NCBI GenBank assembly: GCA_963791045.1
Contig: CAWBQK010000012.1
Span: 1-62,059 of the forward strand
DNA from: Candidatus Latescibacterota bacterium
Lineage (GTDB): Bacteria; Krumholzibacteriota; Krumholzibacteriia; WVZY01
Direction: 5' to 3'
Length of the DNA stretch: 62,059 nt
Of this stretch, positions 1 through 10,270 are shown in pieces. Both the position numbers and the translations under genes were made by a program. The stretch's first letter is position 1; every line of letters begins with the position of its first letter. A model generated the notes under the pieces. The model was not told the origin of the DNA and made no database searches. It worked only from the letters and a program-made list of their open reading frames with translations.

Positions 1-437
1 TTTCAAGTGACTCTAACTATGTCTGTGGGTAAAATGCGAACGATTGAGATTTCTATATAATTAGTTAATTCTGCTAACCTGTACGATCCCTCTGTTTCCT
101 GAATTTGCAACCGGCGTTCCCCGATTGGGTTCCCCCAACCTTGCCCTCCGGCCTCGAGGCAAAGCACACGAGCTATCTATTGTTACGCATGGTGGTTACA
201 ATGATCATTTAACTCACATTACAAGCAAAATAACTCAATCAAGTGGAAGTGAAGGCGTAAGCGTACTCTTACAAACCCCGTTTTCTGGGGAGTTTCACCC
301 ACGATTTTGGAGGAAATGGGGAAATCCCCCAGGATTCGAAGAGCGCAACTTATTGGCAGGACTCAGCTTCGACAATCACTCCACAGCCCCCCCAAACCCC
401 CGTTTACCGCATACGAACGGGCTTTTCCACCCGTGAC

Positions 438-518
438 GACGGTGCGGTCTGTCGAAAGGCCCGGTACGGGTCCTGTCATCGGCCACCCGTACCTGCTAGC
501 AAGGAAGGCCGCACCGTC
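438..518 (+). repeat. Palindromic element, copy A (minimal form)
   Basis: Outer stem GACGGTGCGGTCT (438-450)/AGGCCGCACCGTC (506-518). Inner stem GGTACGGGT/ACCCGTACC encloses CCTGTCATCGGCC. Shares the CGGGTCCTGTC and ATCGGC..CACCCG ends with the copies at 21520-21601 and 33870-34168. Confidence 0.6.
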
Positions 519-542
519 TATAACTCTCTTTGGTATTATGGG

Positions 543-1859
543 TTAGAAGCGAGTGCCCGTGGCGAGGTGGAAGCGGTAGCCGCCGCGGGCGTTGAATCCG
601 AAGTCGAAACGGAAGACGTCGCGGATCGGCGAGTAGAACCTGAGTCCCAGTCCGGCGGTGCCGTGGAGCGTGTCGAGCCCAAAGTCATCCGAACCGTACC
701 AGATCATCCCGGTGTCCATAAATGTCACCAGACCCAGTCCGATATCGAATTCGTTAATGATCGGCACATCAAAAACGACCCTCGGCAGAAAAAGGTATCG
801 CCACTCCACAGTCCCGATCCAGCGGTGGAACCCCTTGAACCGGCCGTTCGGTTCTCCGCGAAGAGACCCCGATCCTCCGAGCCTCAGCTCCGAATAGTCC
901 GGAAAATCACCGAACTGATAGTTGAAATTCGAATAGAGCGCGACCGTTGACTTCTCCGCAACCGCGACGAAATATCTCAGGTCATTTATAAAGCGGTAGT
1001 ACGGGTTGCGTTTGTCGTCGAGCGCATACGTCGATGAGACGGTTAAGCCCAGCGTACCCCCCTTGGTCGGGATCAGATGGCTGTTCCGCGTGTCGTAACG
1101 CCAGCCGACGAGCGGCGACACGGAGAGTTCCTTGCTCGTTTCATCATAGACGCCGCCCGTGCGCGACTTGTTGAGCGACGCGCTGAGGAGAAGCTGCGAG
1201 AATTTTATTCGACTTTGTGTCAGTGGAATTCCGACATACCCCCTCAGTCCCGTTCGTTCGAGCAGCTCCGGCTCCACCGGCATATCCCCGCGGCTGTAGT
1301 AACCGACACCGACACCGACCGATACATGCTTCCAGCCGAGCCACGGCGCCGACCATCCAAAAGACACGTTTTCGTCGTCCCGCTCATTCCTCGTGTAGAT
1401 AAGAGAGAGATTCTCCAGACGCCCCCTGAAGTTCTTGTCCCTCCAGCGTAGACCGTACGTGAGGCCGGTTTCGAAATCGTATTTCAAATACGGGAGGATC
1501 GCTTTGAGAAGAATCTCGGCGCGTTCGCGCACGACGATTCTAAGCGCGACATGACCAGGGGTGAGTTCTTCGATGCTCACCTCGACACTGGAGAAGGGCG
1601 AGAGCCCATTGAGAAAATGGATGTCTCTGTGAAAGTCCTCTTTGTCGAGGACGTTTCCCGGCTGGGTTTCCATTTCCCTGAGGACAACAATATCCTTCGT
1701 GCCCTTGTTCCCCGTCACCGTCACAGAATCGACAATTGACCCGAACGCCCAGGCATACGCGGAATCATCCATGTGCCCTGGATCGGCAAGGGAAATGGAG
1801 AACACGCAAGTCAGAGTAACTATAAGAAGTGCAACCGCGAAGGGTATTCCCAGTCTCAT
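543..1859 (-). CDS. BamA/TamA (Omp85) family outer-membrane protein with one POTRA domain
   Basis: Signal peptide; POTRA-like 'VTVTGNKGTKDIVVLREM'; barrel motifs 'LGGSGSLRG' and 'GLGLRFYSPI'; C-terminal Phe. Confidence 0.85.
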   Translation of the reverse strand: MRLGIPFAVALLIVTLTCVFSISLADPGHMDDSAYAWAFGSIVDSVTVTGNKGTKDIVVLREMETQPGNVLDKEDFHRDIHFLNGLSPFSSVEVSIEELTPGHVALRIVVRERAEILLKAILPYLKYDFETGLTYGLRWRDKNFRGRLENLSLIYTRNERDDENVSFGWSAPWLGWKHVSVGVGVGYYSRGDMPVEPELLERTGLRGYVGIPLTQSRIKFSQLLLSASLNKSRTGGVYDETSKELSVSPLVGWRYDTRNSHLIPTKGGTLGLTVSSTYALDDKRNPYYRFINDLRYFVAVAEKSTVALYSNFNYQFGDFPDYSELRLGGSGSLRGEPNGRFKGFHRWIGTVEWRYLFLPRVVFDVPIINEFDIGLGLVTFMDTGMIWYGSDDFGLDTLHGTAGLGLRFYSPIRDVFRFDFGFNARGGYRFHLATGTRF

Positions 1860-1940
1860 GTAGATACCTTAATAATTGAAAGCCGGATTGGAAAGAGCAA
1901 ATACGAGGCCAGAACGTCCAACCGACTGCCGTTAAGACAC

Positions 1941-3173
1941 CTACTGAGTGGTGGCGGGACCGGGCAACGGCGCCGAAGTCGGTGCGTTCCGCGACCCGAA
2001 CCGACTGAAGAACAATGCGCCAAGACCGGCCAGAAAGGCAAAGAGACCAAACAGAAGACCAAAGAACTTGAAAAGCGCCCCAAGCGGGCCACCGAACGGC
2101 AGCATCGAGAAACCATATCCGACCAGGGCGGGCAAGTACAGTACGGCCATTCCGATCAGCACGATTGCGAACGGATTCTGCGTCTGGATGTTCAACTTCT
2201 CGCTGACTTTTGAGCCAAGCGCGTAGACGAAAATCGTGTCCGCCACGATATAGATCGCGACACAGCTTACGACGAGCACAAAGGCCAATGGTATCCCTAT
2301 CAAAGTTATCAATAAAATTATCGTGAGAAACGTCACCACAAACGTGCCGATGAACGCAACAAGGAATCCCGCGCCGAAGCTCTTGAAAACACCGGTCGCC
2401 ACGTGCTCCTGGCTCCGGACCACACGCTCCTTGAGGAAGAGTATGATGAGGAACGAGAGAATGACACTGATGAAGAATTTCACTGGAATCATAAAGAACT
2501 CGAGAAGGCGGACCTGGTGTCCCATAAACGGCAGCCCGGCAAAAGAGAAATTTAGACTCTCCAGCTTGACCCGTTCGCCGTGAATAATCACTTCGGCTTC
2601 CTCATCCAGCGTGCCGCCGAGTATTACAACATCACCGTTGATCTCCGCTCCGGACAGTATCACCGCGTTGCCCGCGATCACGACGACATTGCCGACGACC
2701 TTGCCGGCGATGTCGACATCACCGCCAAAAACAACCACATCACCGCGGACGAATTCGTCCGAATCAATAGTTACGTTCTCACCAAACTTGACAACGTCGG
2801 ATCCCTTTTCGTTGTACCTGCGCTTGCCGTCAAAATCCGACCATTTCCCCGAATCAAAAATAATCCGGCTCGATGCTGAATCCTCATCGTCAACCGAACC
2901 TTCGATCCGGATTCCGCTCTCATCTATCCGGATACTCACACCGGATTCTTTGTCTTCAATCTTTTTGGCCTTCTTGACCGCGGGCTTTTCCTCCTCTACA
3001 ACAACCGAATCCGTCGTCGCATCGGTGTCATCATCCGTTTGCGCCAGGGACGACCCGACGGTCAAAAGGCCCTTAAAAAGTGTCTTGTGCGTCGTCGAAC
3101 CGACCGTAAAAATCACGGCCAGGACAAACACCAGCGCTATGAGACCGGCGGTTCTAAAAAATAAATGACGCAT
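1941..3173 (-). CDS. Membrane protein with polymer-forming cytoskeletal (bactofilin-like) beta-helix and multi-TM C-terminus
   Basis: Repeats 'VRGDVVVFGGDVDIAGKVVGNVVVIAGNA...INGDVVILGG' followed by several hydrophobic helices. Start chosen at MRHLFF, preceded by AGGAG and overlapping the anti-sigma gene end. Confidence 0.75.
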   Translation of the reverse strand: MRHLFFRTAGLIALVFVLAVIFTVGSTTHKTLFKGLLTVGSSLAQTDDDTDATTDSVVVEEEKPAVKKAKKIEDKESGVSIRIDESGIRIEGSVDDEDSASSRIIFDSGKWSDFDGKRRYNEKGSDVVKFGENVTIDSDEFVRGDVVVFGGDVDIAGKVVGNVVVIAGNAVILSGAEINGDVVILGGTLDEEAEVIIHGERVKLESLNFSFAGLPFMGHQVRLLEFFMIPVKFFISVILSFLIILFLKERVVRSQEHVATGVFKSFGAGFLVAFIGTFVVTFLTIILLITLIGIPLAFVLVVSCVAIYIVADTIFVYALGSKVSEKLNIQTQNPFAIVLIGMAVLYLPALVGYGFSMLPFGGPLGALFKFFGLLFGLFAFLAGLGALFFSRFGSRNAPTSAPLPGPATTQ

Positions 3174-3813
3174 TCTGAGCACTCCTTTTGGAGACCGTCT
3201 TGAAATACCATCCAAGACCCAACGTGAGCATTACAATGAGACCCAACGCGGGGATCATAAACGCCGCGCCGGCCGTTGATACGAGCGAGGATCCCGCGCT
3301 GAGGATTGTCTTAATCATCCGGAGATCTCTTGCCAGCACATCGACAAGTTTATCGAACAGGTGTACGCGGGCGACCGCATCGTTGACGACAATAAAGGTT
3401 TCAGTCGCGAGGACCGTACCCCTGACAACAATTTCCTGGAGTTTTCCCGTAACCACGGAGAACACCGAGAATGCGATAATCGCCAGCGTCACTACTGTCG
3501 CCGGCACGCCAAACTGGGCGGGGAGCCATCCAGAAACTGCCGACAGCACCCGCTTCGCCCCGCTCTCGGCGACGATCGGTTTACGGATCCGGCCCGTCGA
3601 TTTCAGGAAGTTGATCACCGGAACGTCAAAACTCTCCGGCACCTCTTCGACGGCCATGCCGCCGAGAAATGAATTGAGTGATCTGTACGCTTCGATTTCG
3701 AGAGTGCACTTAGGACAGTCCACAACATGACGTTCGAACCCGCGGCGCTCATCGCCACCGAGAGTCCCGTCGACAAAATCCTGAATCAAAGAATATGCTT
3801 TTTTACAGTCCAT
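3154..3813 (-). CDS. Zinc-binding anti-sigma factor (zf-HC2, RsiW-like)
   Basis: N-terminal C...HxxxCxxC ('MDCKKA...FERHVVDCPKC'), TM segments, located in an ECF sigma operon. Confidence 0.85.
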   Translation of the reverse strand: MDCKKAYSLIQDFVDGTLGGDERRGFERHVVDCPKCTLEIEAYRSLNSFLGGMAVEEVPESFDVPVINFLKSTGRIRKPIVAESGAKRVLSAVSGWLPAQFGVPATVVTLAIIAFSVFSVVTGKLQEIVVRGTVLATETFIVVNDAVARVHLFDKLVDVLARDLRMIKTILSAGSSLVSTAGAAFMIPALGLIVMLTLGLGWYFKTVSKRSAQNASFIF

Positions 3814-3824
3814 GCTTCCTTCTC

Positions 3825-4988
3825 TTAATCTTCCTTTTGTTTAATACGAATATCTCCGCTTGCGGTTTCAATATAAACTCGACCATCTCCCGAACCCACA
3901 ACCCCTCTGAGTATCTTTCTCGAAATCTTATCCAGCTTTATGTCGAGATCACCTTCGATGGTGCCGCTGTTAGTGCTTATATCCAGAAGAAATCCGTATC
4001 CTTCCCGCGCCACAAAAACCACATCAACATCCCCGCTCGACGACTTAAAAACATTGTCTTTCTTTCCGACCGGCACAATCTCGACAAATATGTCGCCGCT
4101 CGTGGCCGTGGCCTTAATGCTCCCTTTCACGCCTGTGACCCGGGAATCGCCACCGACGGTCGCCACCGCGGCGTCACCCCCGCATCCTTCCAGGAGCACG
4201 TCCCCCGATGCGACAATGATCTCGACGTCGCTTCCCACGTCGCCAACCACCACGTCGCCGCTCGAGCCCAGGACGGAAAGCGTCCCTTTCACATCGTGGA
4301 TCACGGCATCCCCACTCGACATCCTGATGTGAAGATCCTTGCCAATATCATTTACGTCGATAGAACCGCTCGAAACTTCAATAAACGTGTCGCCGTTTAT
4401 GTCTTTCATGAACACATCGCCGCTGCTACCGAACAACTTGACGCTACCGGCGAGAGACGTGATCTTGACGTCGCCGCTCGTGCTCGACACCTTCGCCGCA
4501 AACTCGGCCGGCACTTCGATCGTGTAGTCGATGTAAACCTTTTGTTTGATCCTTTTCAAAAATGACCAGAAGTCTCCGCCCTCGCGCGCCCAGTCGGGAT
4601 GATGAGATATAACCGAGATCTGCTCACCGTCCGAATCGACGGTAAAGTAGAGTTCTTTCATCCACTCTTCGGCGGTTTTTCCATCCTTCGCCCGCACCAA
4701 CTTGGCCGCGCGGATCGAAACCTCGGTCGCTCCCAGGCGTCCGACTATGATCGTCTTCCCACGGGAGTTCTTGACGTAGATCCTCGTCTCACCGTCGACC
4801 TTGACGGTTTTCTGCTCCTTCGCTTCCTGGGTAGTCGAACCGGCGTTGGTTCTTTCCGGGAGTCCGAGGAGGGTCAGCGCGATCAAAAGTCCAAATACGG
4901 CGCCTGACACCCTCCGATGTTGCGGAGAACGCGGGGCGAGCAGATACGTGAATCTGCTTGCGGTTATGTGCGCAAGGAACTTTCTCAT
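3825..4988 (-). CDS. DUF4097 family beta-strand repeat protein
   Basis: Many 'xSSGDV/I' repeats after a hydrophobic N-terminal segment. Start uncertain (4988-4997). Confidence 0.85.
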   Translation of the reverse strand: MRKFLAHITASRFTYLLAPRSPQHRRVSGAVFGLLIALTLLGLPERTNAGSTTQEAKEQKTVKVDGETRIYVKNSRGKTIIVGRLGATEVSIRAAKLVRAKDGKTAEEWMKELYFTVDSDGEQISVISHHPDWAREGGDFWSFLKRIKQKVYIDYTIEVPAEFAAKVSSTSGDVKITSLAGSVKLFGSSGDVFMKDINGDTFIEVSSGSIDVNDIGKDLHIRMSSGDAVIHDVKGTLSVLGSSGDVVVGDVGSDVEIIVASGDVLLEGCGGDAAVATVGGDSRVTGVKGSIKATATSGDIFVEIVPVGKKDNVFKSSSGDVDVVFVAREGYGFLLDISTNSGTIEGDLDIKLDKISRKILRGVVGSGDGRVYIETASGDIRIKQKED

Positions 4989-5005
4989 GGTCATCACCCA
5001 CGTTG

Positions 5006-5034
5006 TACTACGAATTACTCGTTCAAAAGATTCG
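5006..5034 (-). promoter_or_regulatory. Putative SigW-type ECF promoter
   Basis: Minus strand CGAATC-N16-CGTAGTA just upstream of the DUF4097 gene; resembles B. subtilis SigW consensus TGAAAC-N16-CGTA. Confidence 0.5.
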
Positions 5035-5102
5035 CTAAATCCGATATTTGTCATAACATTTTTTAATAACGCTAAAGTGTGAAATATATATTTTATAGAT
5101 AG

Positions 5103-5675
5103 TTACCAGAAATCCTCGTTCTCGAGCCGGTTCTTGAGCATCTCCCTGGCACGGTGGATCCGGGCCTTGACCGTCCCAAGCGGGACATCGAGTGTCTCGG
5201 CAATCTCCTCGTACGAGAGATCCTGCTGATGTCTGAGGACGATCATGATTCGGTAGTGATCGGGGAGGCTGTCGATCGCCCGCGCGAGGAGCGCCATCCG
5301 CTCCTTTTTGGCGAGCGTCTTGTCGGGGGCATCGCCGGGCGAGGCATACTGGCGCTCGAACTCGCCCTTGGAGCTCTGTATCGGCTGATCCATTGGGTAC
5401 GTGTCGACCCGGCGCTTGCGCATCGAATCGATGCAAAGATTGGAAGTGATCTTGAAGAGCCAATTGGAAAAAGCGTACGACGGATTGTACCGGTCGAGCA
5501 TCGCGAAGACCTTCATAAACGCTTCCTGCGACAGGTCCCTCGCCTCCTCGCGGTTCCGTACCATCTTGAGGCAAATGTTGAAGACCGCACGCTCGTATTT
5601 CGTGAGAAGCGTGCGGTAAGCCCTCTCGTCCCCTTTTTGGGCGAGAACGATTAGTTCTCTGTCCTCTTCTTTCAA
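5103..5675 (-). CDS. ECF RNA polymerase sigma factor (SigW/RpoE-like)
   Basis: Region 2 'DLSQEAFMKVF...FSNWLFKITSNLCID'; region 4 'LSYEEIAETLDVPLGTVKARIHRAR'; TTG start. Confidence 0.93.
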   Translation of the reverse strand: MKEEDRELIVLAQKGDERAYRTLLTKYERAVFNICLKMVRNREEARDLSQEAFMKVFAMLDRYNPSYAFSNWLFKITSNLCIDSMRKRRVDTYPMDQPIQSSKGEFERQYASPGDAPDKTLAKKERMALLARAIDSLPDHYRIMIVLRHQQDLSYEEIAETLDVPLGTVKARIHRAREMLKNRLENEDFW

Positions 5676-5735
5676 AGCATCGGATCCGTTCTATGCCGGC
5701 GGTTCCGCCGGATCTCGAGCAACACCCAAATTAGC

Positions 5736-7185
<1,450 letters not shown>

Positions 7186-7326
7186 TCGGGGCACTCTTAT
7201 CGGGGTCGGGCGATAATTGGGTTGGTCAGCGGCACGAACGGTTTGGGTTGACTCATTTTTTGATTTGGTGTCATGATTGGACAACATTGAATCCGTAGGT
7301 CATCTTATATTGAGAAGGGGCGCCCA

Positions 7327-7755
7327 ATGAGATATTGGGGAACAACGGAAACAAAGCGCGAGTCGAAGAAGAAATCGACCAAAGCGCCGAGGCGTGGAAT
7401 CGCCTCCGGCGGGACGCTCCGGCAATACCCGTTTCTCCGCACGTTCTACCAACACCAGGCGGAAATCAGCGAGAGGCTGCAGAAGTTCCTCTTCTTCCTG
7501 GTGGTAGCGACTCTCCTCTATGTCTTTGTCCTCGGCGATGCCGGCGCAATCAGGCTCATGTCGCTGAAGAAGGAGAAGGCCCGGCTCGAAGCCGATGTCG
7601 CCGCGGTGACACTAGACATCCAAACCCTTCAGAACGAGATCGATCGACTCAAGACGGACCCCGGTACTATCGAGAGACTGGGCCGGGAGCTTTACGGTTA
7701 TGTCGCGCCGGGCGACAAGGTTTACAAGATCATCCGGTCTCAGAGTAAAGACTAA
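7327..7755 (+). CDS. ftsB: Septum formation initiator (FtsB/DivIC family)
   Basis: TM helix plus coiled coil plus 'IERLGRELYGYVAPGDKVY'; conserved eno-ftsB order. Confidence 0.8.
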   Translation: MRYWGTTETKRESKKKSTKAPRRGIASGGTLRQYPFLRTFYQHQAEISERLQKFLFFLVVATLLYVFVLGDAGAIRLMSLKKEKARLEADVAAVTLDIQTLQNEIDRLKTDPGTIERLGRELYGYVAPGDKVYKIIRSQSKD

Positions 7756-7796
7756 GACACAGTTTCCCTGATTTTTTGCATTTCCGCCCGCGGAGC

Positions 7797-7825
7797 TTGA
7801 CATCCGCGGGCGGAATCGTTATACA
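7797..7825 (+). promoter_or_regulatory. Putative sigma70 promoter of tRNA-Met
   Basis: TTGACA-N17-TATACA 15 nt before the tRNA. Confidence 0.65.
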
Positions 7826-7840
7826 TTGACGATAACTTGA

Positions 7841-7917
<77 letters not shown>

Positions 7918-7929
7918 ATCAGAGGAGAT

Positions 7930-7964
7930 TCCCGGTACCGAAAGGCACCGGGATTTTTCTTTTT
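7930..7964 (+). terminator. Intrinsic terminator after tRNA
   Basis: TCCCGGTACC-GAAA-GGCACCGGGA followed by T-tract. Confidence 0.75.
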
Positions 7965-8093
7965 ATGGCAACAAGCCGCCCCCCAGAAACCTTCGCTTTA
8001 TTTACCAATCTCGTTTTTTGTTAGCCGGCTAACAGACAACCAGGGTCCAAACAGTCTATTTTTATTACAGTTTACAGAAAGGAGATGGTGAGA

Positions 8094-8813
8094 ATGTTGC
8101 GAAGCGTCAAAAACCTGAAGGGCTACAAGATTTCGGCTCAGGATGGCAGCATCGGGAAAGTTGTCGACCTTTATTTCGACGACCAAGCCTGGATAGCAAG
8201 ATACCTGATCGCCGACACTGGGCGCTGGCTGCCCGGCCGAAAAGTCTTGATTCCTCGCGCCGTGTTGGGCCGGCCCGACTGGGACAAGAACCAGTTTCAC
8301 GTTGGATTAACCAAGGACCGAATCGAAGACGGCCCGTCGATCAAAGAAGACGAGCCGGTATCGCGCCAACACGAAGTCGAGCTGTTCCAACACCTCCACG
8401 TCAACCCCTACTGGGCCCGCGTGCCGGGCGGAGTGTTCGTCGTCAAGGAGGCGCTCAAAACCCACGACGGCTCCAACGGTGACCCCAACCTGAGAAGCAG
8501 CCAGGAGGTTATCGGATATCACATCGAAGCCGCTGACGGTGAAATCGGGCACGTTGAAGACGTCATCGTCGACGATGACACGTGGACGATTCGCTACCTG
8601 GTGATAGACACCAAAAACCTGCTTCCCGGGAAAAAAGTCCTGGTCGCTCCGACATGGATCAAAGGGATTTCATGGAGCGACTCAAAGGTATCCGTGGATC
8701 TGACCAGTTCACAGATCAAGGACTCCCCAGAGTACGAGCCGGGAGCGCCCGTCAACCGTGAATTCGAACAGCGTCTTTACGATTACTACGGACGTCCGCA
8801 TTATTGGCAGTAA
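8094..8813 (+). CDS. Tandem PRC-barrel domain protein
   Basis: Two repeats 'GYKISAQDGSIGKVVDLYFDDQAWIARYL' and 'GYHIEAADGEIGHVEDVIVDDDTWTIRYL'; ends 'LYDYYGRPHYW'; AGGAG RBS. Confidence 0.88.
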   Translation: MLRSVKNLKGYKISAQDGSIGKVVDLYFDDQAWIARYLIADTGRWLPGRKVLIPRAVLGRPDWDKNQFHVGLTKDRIEDGPSIKEDEPVSRQHEVELFQHLHVNPYWARVPGGVFVVKEALKTHDGSNGDPNLRSSQEVIGYHIEAADGEIGHVEDVIVDDDTWTIRYLVIDTKNLLPGKKVLVAPTWIKGISWSDSKVSVDLTSSQIKDSPEYEPGAPVNREFEQRLYDYYGRPHYWQ

Positions 8814-8907
8814 GAAAAACTCTCAACTCTGAATCGTCCGTGCCGGCCTTTTTCAATGGGCCTTTGAATTCGAGTCGCGCTTTTGCGCGAAGAAAAGGAG
8901 AAACAAA

Positions 8908-9168
8908 ATGATGACCCATAAGACAAAGAGAGAACACGACGGGGCGTCGGCAACGCCGCGACATTTCGGAAACGAGCCTCACGAAACAATGCGAAATGAC
9001 GATCCACCGCACGATCCGCCCAAGCCGCCGGATCCACCCAAACCGCCGAGACCACCGAACCCCGATGATCCGGGGCGCAAGACACCGGACCCACCGTCCC
9101 CTCCCAACCCAAAGGATCCACCGGACACGCCGCCGGACCCACCCAAACCACCAATCCCACCGGCATGA
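8908..9168 (+). CDS. Small proline-rich hypothetical protein (xPP repeats)
   Basis: AAGGAG RBS; 86 aa with 13 PP dipeptides. Confidence 0.55.
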   Translation: MMTHKTKREHDGASATPRHFGNEPHETMRNDDPPHDPPKPPDPPKPPRPPNPDDPGRKTPDPPSPPNPKDPPDTPPDPPKPPIPPA

Positions 9169-9359
9169 CCGCCTCGTCGATAGTCTCCACCGGATGAAAA
9201 CGGTCATACCGGTGAACCACGACAAACTCCGTTGACGCCCCGGAAGCGCCCGTGATAGAGTCCGTTCTGTGGTTGAACGGTCGGATTCTGCCATTCGATA
9301 TTCGCGGGACAGCCAAAAACGCGGTTCCTATCACCCCCCGGAACGGGAGAGGAAGACCA

Positions 9360-10079
9360 GTGCCGCAAACCGGCTCAACGAGAGAGTCAAACACAAAACC
9401 CAAATCTCTCTGGTATCTAAAAAGATCCCCATTCTTCAAAGGGCTCTCGAGCGATACGCTCGAAAATATCGTAGCCCGGATCCGCGTGCGTGAAGTCACT
9501 AAAGGTTCACCCGTCCTGACGATGGACGCACAAACCGATCGCGTGTTTGTGGTCCTGAGGGGGGCCGTCAAGGTGTGCAGGATCGAACCGAGCGACGGAA
9601 AGGAACTAATTCTCTTCGTCGTCAGACCGGGTGTGCCGTTTGGGGCTCTTCCGTTTGTGGAAGAGACCGACGACGACACCGTCACGATTGCCCTTCAAAA
9701 ATCCACACTGGGAGATATTCACCGTGACGATCTGGCGAAATTCCTCTCCGGATCGGCCGGACAACAGGCGGTGATCAAGCTTGTTCAGGACAACGCCGCG
9801 TTAATCCGACAACGGATGGCGGAAGTGGCCTACGGCGACGTCGAAACCAGGATCGCGCGGCTCCTTCTCCGGCTTGGCGAAGATCACGGGCGGAAGAAAC
9901 CCTGCGGATACCAGATCAGACTTCCACTCTCACAACAAGACATCGGGAACTTTGTCGCCGCGACACGAGAGACGGCATCCCTGACACTCAACGAGTTCAA
10001 GCGACAGGGATGGATCGCCATTCACAATCGCAAAATCTGCCTTCACGACTTCGAGGCGCTGTCGCGGATCGCAGAATAA
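9360..10079 (+). CDS. Crp/Fnr family transcriptional regulator
   Basis: cNMP-type domain 'VFVVLRGAVKV...DGKELIL'; HTH 'LSQQDIGNFVAATRETASLTLNEF'. GTG start after GGAGAGG; upstream TTGACG-N18-TAGAGT. Confidence 0.88.
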   Translation: MPQTGSTRESNTKPKSLWYLKRSPFFKGLSSDTLENIVARIRVREVTKGSPVLTMDAQTDRVFVVLRGAVKVCRIEPSDGKELILFVVRPGVPFGALPFVEETDDDTVTIALQKSTLGDIHRDDLAKFLSGSAGQQAVIKLVQDNAALIRQRMAEVAYGDVETRIARLLLRLGEDHGRKKPCGYQIRLPLSQQDIGNFVAATRETASLTLNEFKRQGWIAIHNRKICLHDFEALSRIAE

Positions 10080-10270
10080 CCAAAGCGAGGACTTACCCGG
10101 AGTTCCTCGGGGTACATCAGCCGTTCGCAACGAACACTGCCTGCGCCGTTCTCAAAACGATGAAAACCGCAACGTTCGCTCCCGATCGGCCGGACCCTCT
10201 GTGTATTCCCCGCCAACCAAGTGTTTAAATATTCCCGTACGTCCCCCGCAACCCAAAGGACGACGTTTCA

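Noticed and set aside
125-546. Short plus-strand ORFs 125-436 and 307-546
   Set aside because: No motifs or RBS; the region looks regulatory and contains the palindromic element.
8990-9165. CRISPR-like or tandem DNA repeat in the CCG/CCA-rich stretch
   Set aside because: No fixed repeat-spacer period; the pattern is explained by proline codons.
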